This document shows positions 59,535-64,000 of a stretch of DNA of 64,000 nucleotides, in pieces (the first letter of the stretch is position 1; each line of letters starts with the position of its first letter). The translations under genes were made by a program, and so were the position numbers. Source of the DNA: Thermoproteota archaeon (GTDB lineage Archaea > Thermoproteota > Thermoprotei > Gearchaeales > Gearchaeaceae); NCBI GenBank assembly GCA_041640715.1, contig JBEPZU010000004.1:1542-65541 (forward strand), given 5' to 3'. The notes under the pieces are model-generated. The model was not told where the DNA came from and did not search any database. It saw only the letters and a list, made by a program, of their open reading frames with translations.

Positions 59535-60313
59535 TCTACATAACTCTACAAGATATAGGCAACCTCTTATCGATGATGACCCCTTTATTTTATTTCTTAG
59601 CCATAATTTTGGCTACATGGATATTCTTGAAGGTTTTTTTAGTTATAATTAAAAGGGCTCTATCCTTCTTGCCCCCTTTAATGTTGGCACACATAGAAAA
59701 AGCATTGACTATATTAATCTGGTTTATAGGGTTGTCGATTGCGATCGCTCAATTAGGGTTGAGAATAGAACTGTTATTAGCACTCCTTGTTTTAGGAGGA
59801 ATAGCCGCTATAATAGCTTTCAGGAATGTATTAACCAATATCGCAGATAAGTACTTCTCGGATGTTTACGTTCCTTATAAGATAGGTGATAAGATAAGCA
59901 TAGGTGGCTATACTGGCATAGTTACAGAAATAAATCCTATCGTGACCGTACTTATGACAGAAGAAGGTAAGATAATCTCAGTACCCAATTCTCATTTTGT
60001 CACAAACATTCTAGTCAACGAATCTGAAGCAGCATGGAGTGAAATCATAATACCAATACAGATAGATAAATCCTTAGATGTGGCTGAAGCAGAAGCTGAA
60101 ATACTCAAAAGGGTGAATAAGCTGAGAGCTAAGCTGGACGAGAGATTTCCTCCCATGATACACACGAAGAAGATCTCAGGAAATGTCTCAGAATTATCTT
60201 TGATAGTTAGAATCAAGAATCCCCTCGAAAAGAACATTCTCGCTAATGAAGTAAATAAGAGAGTTCATGAAGCTCTTGAATATTTGCGCTCAAAAACGAA
60301 GAGTAAAACTTAA
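59531..60313 (+). CDS. small-conductance mechanosensitive channel (MscS family)
   Basis: 260 aa. Three N-terminal TM helices plus the MscS beta-domain signature GDKISIGGYTGIVTEINPIVTVLMTEEGKIISVPNS. Confidence 0.7.
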   Translation: MIYITLQDIGNLLSMMTPLFYFLAIILATWIFLKVFLVIIKRALSFLPPLMLAHIEKALTILIWFIGLSIAIAQLGLRIELLLALLVLGGIAAIIAFRNVLTNIADKYFSDVYVPYKIGDKISIGGYTGIVTEINPIVTVLMTEEGKIISVPNSHFVTNILVNESEAAWSEIIIPIQIDKSLDVAEAEAEILKRVNKLRAKLDERFPPMIHTKKISGNVSELSLIVRIKNPLEKNILANEVNKRVHEALEYLRSKTKSKT

Positions 60314-60337
60314 GGGAATGATTTAAGCTGAATACTA

Positions 60338-61906
60338 ATGGAAGCATTAGAAATAGGCAGGTCGTTTGCAAAAGGAGCAACATACATATTCGGCGGAAAA
60401 GTAATATCGCACGGCATAGGCCTGATAGGAAATGTTTTAATAGCGAGACTTTTAGCGATCGAGTATGGTAGTTCTGAACCATTAGGATGGCTTTTAGTAT
60501 TAACTTTCATACCTGCACTAACCACTTTACTAGGAGATTTTGGAGTTAGCTACGGGGTGACGAATCGATGCGCAAAGTTAGTTAAAGAAGGAAATTACGA
60601 AGAAGCTTCTAAGTACGTTTGGTCAATGACTTTCTATACTTTGATTCTCTGGTCTTTCTATGCTACTATAACGCTTTTCATAGGTGAATGGTTAGCTTTA
60701 AACCTTTATTCTAAGCCAGAAATAATACCCTTTATTCATCTTGTAGCGATAGGAATAGTAAGTAGTGCGCTTTATTATAACATAGCTCAAACAGTTTCTT
60801 TGATTTTAGATAAGACTTGGATATTCAGTCTAATGATAATTATATACTCAACAACGCAGGCCTCATTGATTCCTTTAGCTCTTATAACGGGCTTTAAATT
60901 TTACGGAGTAGCCTTTGTTTATTTCATTTTAATGCCCCTTTTATCTTCTATACCGGGCTTGATTATTTTATTCAGATACTTTAAGATCAAGAAGCTAGAT
61001 TTGCCCAAATTAAAAGAGACGATTAAATTCGGTTTTCCCATGGCTGCTTCGAGCTATGTAGCTATGCCAGTCACAAGAGTTTATGAAGTATTGATTTCAA
61101 GATTTGCTAGAACAATGGAGCTCGGGAATTTCTTTGTGGCACAAAAGCTAGAAGCACTAGTAGGTGTCTTCCTTTATCCAATAAATACTTTGATGTTCGT
61201 CAATTATTCTAAGCTCAATAAAAGTGAGGATTTAAACATTGCTTTAAACTTCACCATTAAAATAATAGCATATTTCATAGCTCCCATATCCATCTTCACT
61301 TTCTTCTTCTCAAAGCAACTCATAGTAGCTCTGTTCGGTCGTTATTACAGCGAAGGTTGGATATACCTAAGTTTAATCGCAATATATTGGTTAGGATACT
61401 GCGCAGGAGGAACAGCGATATATCATTTGCTAGCCTCGCAAGGCAATACGAAAGAGGTATTTAAATTCTCAACGATAAGCGTTTTCATAGGACTTGCCTT
61501 ATATTTAGTACTCATACCTATGTTCTCTATAGTAGGCGCACTTATTTCCTCGATAATAGCTGGATGGCCTTCTTATTTTTTAGCTTTAAGGTATATTAAA
61601 AATAAGTTAAACGTGAAAATTAAATTCACCGAAATCCTCAAGATCCTTTTGGCCAGCATTTTGTCTGTAATGCCTTCATTTCTGCTATGGCTCTCATTAA
61701 GCAGTATTTTAAGTATAGGTGTATTCCAATATTACACATTACTATTTTCTTGCATTTTAATTTCGTTATCGATCTATGTGCTGACTACAAAGCGGATGAG
61801 TATAATAAGAGATTCAGAAATGGATTTTATAGAAAGATCTTTGAAGCAAATTCCCTTTGCTGGTAATTTAATAAGCTTAGTTCTAGGCTTTTATAAAAAA
61901 TTATGA
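60338..61906 (+). CDS. Wzx-type oligosaccharide flippase (polysaccharide biosynthesis protein, MOP superfamily)
   Basis: 522 aa. About 14 TM helices. N-terminal pattern typical of PF01943. Confidence 0.7.
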   Translation: MEALEIGRSFAKGATYIFGGKVISHGIGLIGNVLIARLLAIEYGSSEPLGWLLVLTFIPALTTLLGDFGVSYGVTNRCAKLVKEGNYEEASKYVWSMTFYTLILWSFYATITLFIGEWLALNLYSKPEIIPFIHLVAIGIVSSALYYNIAQTVSLILDKTWIFSLMIIIYSTTQASLIPLALITGFKFYGVAFVYFILMPLLSSIPGLIILFRYFKIKKLDLPKLKETIKFGFPMAASSYVAMPVTRVYEVLISRFARTMELGNFFVAQKLEALVGVFLYPINTLMFVNYSKLNKSEDLNIALNFTIKIIAYFIAPISIFTFFFSKQLIVALFGRYYSEGWIYLSLIAIYWLGYCAGGTAIYHLLASQGNTKEVFKFSTISVFIGLALYLVLIPMFSIVGALISSIIAGWPSYFLALRYIKNKLNVKIKFTEILKILLASILSVMPSFLLWLSLSSILSIGVFQYYTLLFSCILISLSIYVLTTKRMSIIRDSEMDFIERSLKQIPFAGNLISLVLGFYKKL

Positions 61907-61915
61907 TAAGTTAGA

Positions 61916-62902
61916 ATGACCTACAGAGCCATGAAAACCAACATCGTAGGCTTCGGGGTAATGGGGAGAAACCATTTCAGGATACTCAGAAAATTCTGTG
62001 AAGTCACAGCTGTGTGTGATATAGATATTAACAATAAAGAAGAGATCGAAAAATATTCAAAATTTTACCTTGATTTTGAGGAGATGTTAGAAAAGGAAAA
62101 GCCAGACATTCTTGTCATAGCGGTACAACCTCAAAATAATTTAAGTTTGCTCAAGAAAGCCTTGGAGAAGAATATCAAGAATATTTTAATAGAAAAACCT
62201 TTGACTACTTTAAAGCAACTTAACGAAGCCTATGAAATATTGGAATTGGCAGAAAAGAAAGAGGCTCTTGTAATGGTAGGCGAGATAACTTGCTATGACC
62301 CCGTTACGATAGCGTTAAAGAAAAACATCGAAACGCTTGGCTATATAAAGGCGATAGCTACTATAAGATCCGGTAAATATCCTTTTAGATTCACGGAGGT
62401 AGGGGTGAATGAAGACTTATTAATCCATGACATTTTCTTCGCTAGGTACATTCTAGATTGGCAAAAACTTTCGATCGAAAATCACATAAAAGCCTCTCTA
62501 TTTAGAGATTCTCAAATAGATTTCATCGCGATCAATGGTGTCTTCGAGAAAGGGACCAGATTAATATCGATAGCCTCTTGGCTGAGTGAAGAGAAGATAA
62601 GATTCGCCACCGTGATTGGAGAAAAAGCAATAGCTCAATTGAATTTCTTAGATGAAAATAAATATGCTCGAATATTGCCACCGGAAGTCGTCAAAGAAAT
62701 AAGATACGGTAGCATAGAAGAATTCAGAAAGATAGAAAGGGAAAAATATAAATATGCTAAAGAATTGGAGTTGGAACGAATTGAACCTTTAGAAAATGAG
62801 CTCAGATACTTCTTAAGATGCGTAGAAAAAAACGAAGAACCGCTTACGAACTTGAGGAGGGAAATAGAGACGCTTGAAATACTCAAAAAGACCTTAGAAT
62901 GA
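61916..62902 (+). CDS. Gfo/Idh/MocA-family NAD(P)-dependent oxidoreductase
   Basis: 328 aa. N-terminal IVGFGVMGRNH Rossmann motif and EKP motif (ILIEKPL). Confidence 0.75.
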   Translation: MTYRAMKTNIVGFGVMGRNHFRILRKFCEVTAVCDIDINNKEEIEKYSKFYLDFEEMLEKEKPDILVIAVQPQNNLSLLKKALEKNIKNILIEKPLTTLKQLNEAYEILELAEKKEALVMVGEITCYDPVTIALKKNIETLGYIKAIATIRSGKYPFRFTEVGVNEDLLIHDIFFARYILDWQKLSIENHIKASLFRDSQIDFIAINGVFEKGTRLISIASWLSEEKIRFATVIGEKAIAQLNFLDENKYARILPPEVVKEIRYGSIEEFRKIEREKYKYAKELELERIEPLENELRYFLRCVEKNEEPLTNLRREIETLEILKKTLE

Positions 62903-63501
62903 ATGATGAAGAGGTCTTGAAAAAGAGGATACTAGAAGAATTAGAGAAAGAGGAAATAGTGAGCGTTTCAGAGCTCGCTAAAAAGTTGAAGTTGGAAGAA
63001 GAGGCATTAGCAGAGCTTCTACTTGAGCTTGAGAGCGAAGAAAAGATAGAATTGATAGAAACTATACCGGCTGATATAAGCTTCTTTGAATACTTAAGAA
63101 AAATAGATAACACTGCTTGGTTTTATCTGATAGTCCTAGGAATAACATTGACCGTAATTTTTACTCTTATATTGCCTAGTAGTTTGATAACCGATACGAT
63201 CAGGTTTATAGTGGGTCTTTTCTTCATAATATTCTTCCCAGGATATGCGATATTAGAAACCCTTTTCCCTAGAAGAAGTGATTTGCAATTCATGGAAAGG
63301 CTAGTATTAAGTGTAGGATTGAGCATAGCGCTAGTACCCGCTATCGGATTTATTTTAAACTATTCTTTTGGGATATTCCCAACAACCACCGTGATAAGTT
63401 TATCTATAGTTACTTTAGCGCTTAGCTTCTTAGCATTGGTTAGGAAATATAAAATAGGAAAAGAAGCTTTAAATGGGCTTAAATCTAAGCCCGCTGATTA
63501 A
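62899..63501 (+). CDS. wHTH + polytopic membrane protein (DUF1616-like), short paralog of 20265..21734
   Basis: 200 aa. Acidic helical N-terminus then the membrane block FFPGYAILETLFPRRSDLQFMERLVLSVGLSIALVPAIGFILNYSFG. Confidence 0.5.
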   Translation: MNDEEVLKKRILEELEKEEIVSVSELAKKLKLEEEALAELLLELESEEKIELIETIPADISFFEYLRKIDNTAWFYLIVLGITLTVIFTLILPSSLITDTIRFIVGLFFIIFFPGYAILETLFPRRSDLQFMERLVLSVGLSIALVPAIGFILNYSFGIFPTTTVISLSIVTLALSFLALVRKYKIGKEALNGLKSKPAD

Positions 63502-64000
63502 GAGAAAAATAATAAGTTTGAATTATTTAGCGGGCAAGATACTAGCAGTAGATGCTAGCATAGAAATACATCAATTCCTAGCCTTAATAAGAAAACCTGA
63601 CGGAACTCCTTTCACCAATGAAAAAGGATTGATAACTTCTCATTTAATAGGCCTAGCCTTCAGAACTACTAGATTGATACATGATTATAATATCGATTTA
63701 ATCTTCGTGTTCGACGGTAAACCTCCCAAGCTGAAGGAAAATACATTGTTGAAAAGAAAAATAGCCAAAGAAAAAGCGATTCAAGAATGGATAGAAGCTC
63801 TGCTAAAGGAAGATTATAGAAAAGCTTTCTCAAAGGCTGTTGTCACAGGAAAGATCACCGAAGATATTTTAGAAAGTTCAAAAAGACTTTTAGACCTTTT
63901 AGGAATCCCATACATTCAAGCACCAAGCGAAGCAGAAGCACAAGCCGCATACATGAGCTCTATAGGTATAGCTTGGGCATGTGCAACAAAAGATTATGAT
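63473..64000 (+). CDS. fen: flap endonuclease 1 (5' part; continues beyond the window)
   Basis: Manual translation from ATG 63473: MGLNLSPLIKRKIISLNYLAGKILAVDASIEIHQFLALIR...LIFVFDGKPPKLK...GIPYIQAPSEAEAQAAYM. Overlaps the upstream gene by 29 nt. Not on the track because there is no stop in the window. Confidence 0.8.
   Translation, partial: MGLNLSPLIKRKIISLNYLAGKILAVDASIEIHQFLALIRKPDGTPFTNEKGLITSHLIGLAFRTTRLIHDYNIDLIFVFDGKPPKLKENTLLKRKIAKEKAIQEWIEALLKEDYRKAFSKAVVTGKITEDILESSKRLLDLLGIPYIQAPSEAEAQAAYMSSIGIAWACATKDYD

Noticed and set aside
1-64000. CRISPR arrays, transposases, integrases, toxin-antitoxin or restriction-modification systems
   Set aside because: No direct-repeat/spacer periodicity seen anywhere. 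No DDE/serine/tyrosine recombinase or HEPN/PIN signatures among the ORFs. Pseudogenisation of the island is not accompanied by recognisable IS elements.

Overview
AT-rich archaeal chromosomal window (about 35% GC by eye). Canonical-position tRNA intron, AGA/AGG/ATA codon preference, a FEN-1 gene and leaderless-style TATA spacing suggest a thermophilic crenarchaeote, possibly Sulfolobales-like; this assignment is an inference. The first 12 kb is housekeeping: thiL, tRNA-Thr, an FecB/BtuF-type binding protein, sufCBD plus a Rieske ferredoxin and a SufU-like scaffold, an intron-containing tRNA-Leu, glmS, thrC, thrB and a SerB-like HAD hydrolase. From about 12.3 kb to 62.9 kb the window is one very large cell-envelope glycan biosynthesis island of about 50 kb. 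It contains dTDP-rhamnose genes (rfbA and rfbC at 16-18 kb, rfbD at 53 kb), at least 9 GT2 and 8 GT4/GT-B glycosyltransferases, a NodB deacetylase, FkbM and TylF/CmcI-type methyltransferases, a polysaccharide pyruvyl transferase, a Wzx-type flippase, a Wzy-like polytopic membrane protein, a Gfo/Idh/MocA oxidoreductase, two thymidylate-kinase-like P-loop proteins, an alkaline-phosphatase-superfamily phosphodiesterase-like protein, and an enolase-superfamily (NSAR/OSBS-like) + GNAT pair. Embedded in the island is a four-gene MoxR AAA+ / DUF58 / DUF4350 / DUF4129 module whose first product is a cysteine-free, Ig-like surface protein carrying about 11 N-glycosylation sequons and no transglutaminase core. 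The island is bracketed by two paralogous winged-HTH + polytopic-membrane (DUF1616-like) proteins. It is strikingly decayed and mosaic. rfbB survives only as a 36-codon relic, two methyltransferases are split by frameshifts, and a GT2, an FkbM methyltransferase and a radical-SAM gene are fragments. A roughly 260-bp diverged copy of the 5' end of a GT4 gene is directly repeated on either side of a GT2 gene. The window ends in the 5' part of fen1. No CRISPR array, transposase or integrase is recognisable.
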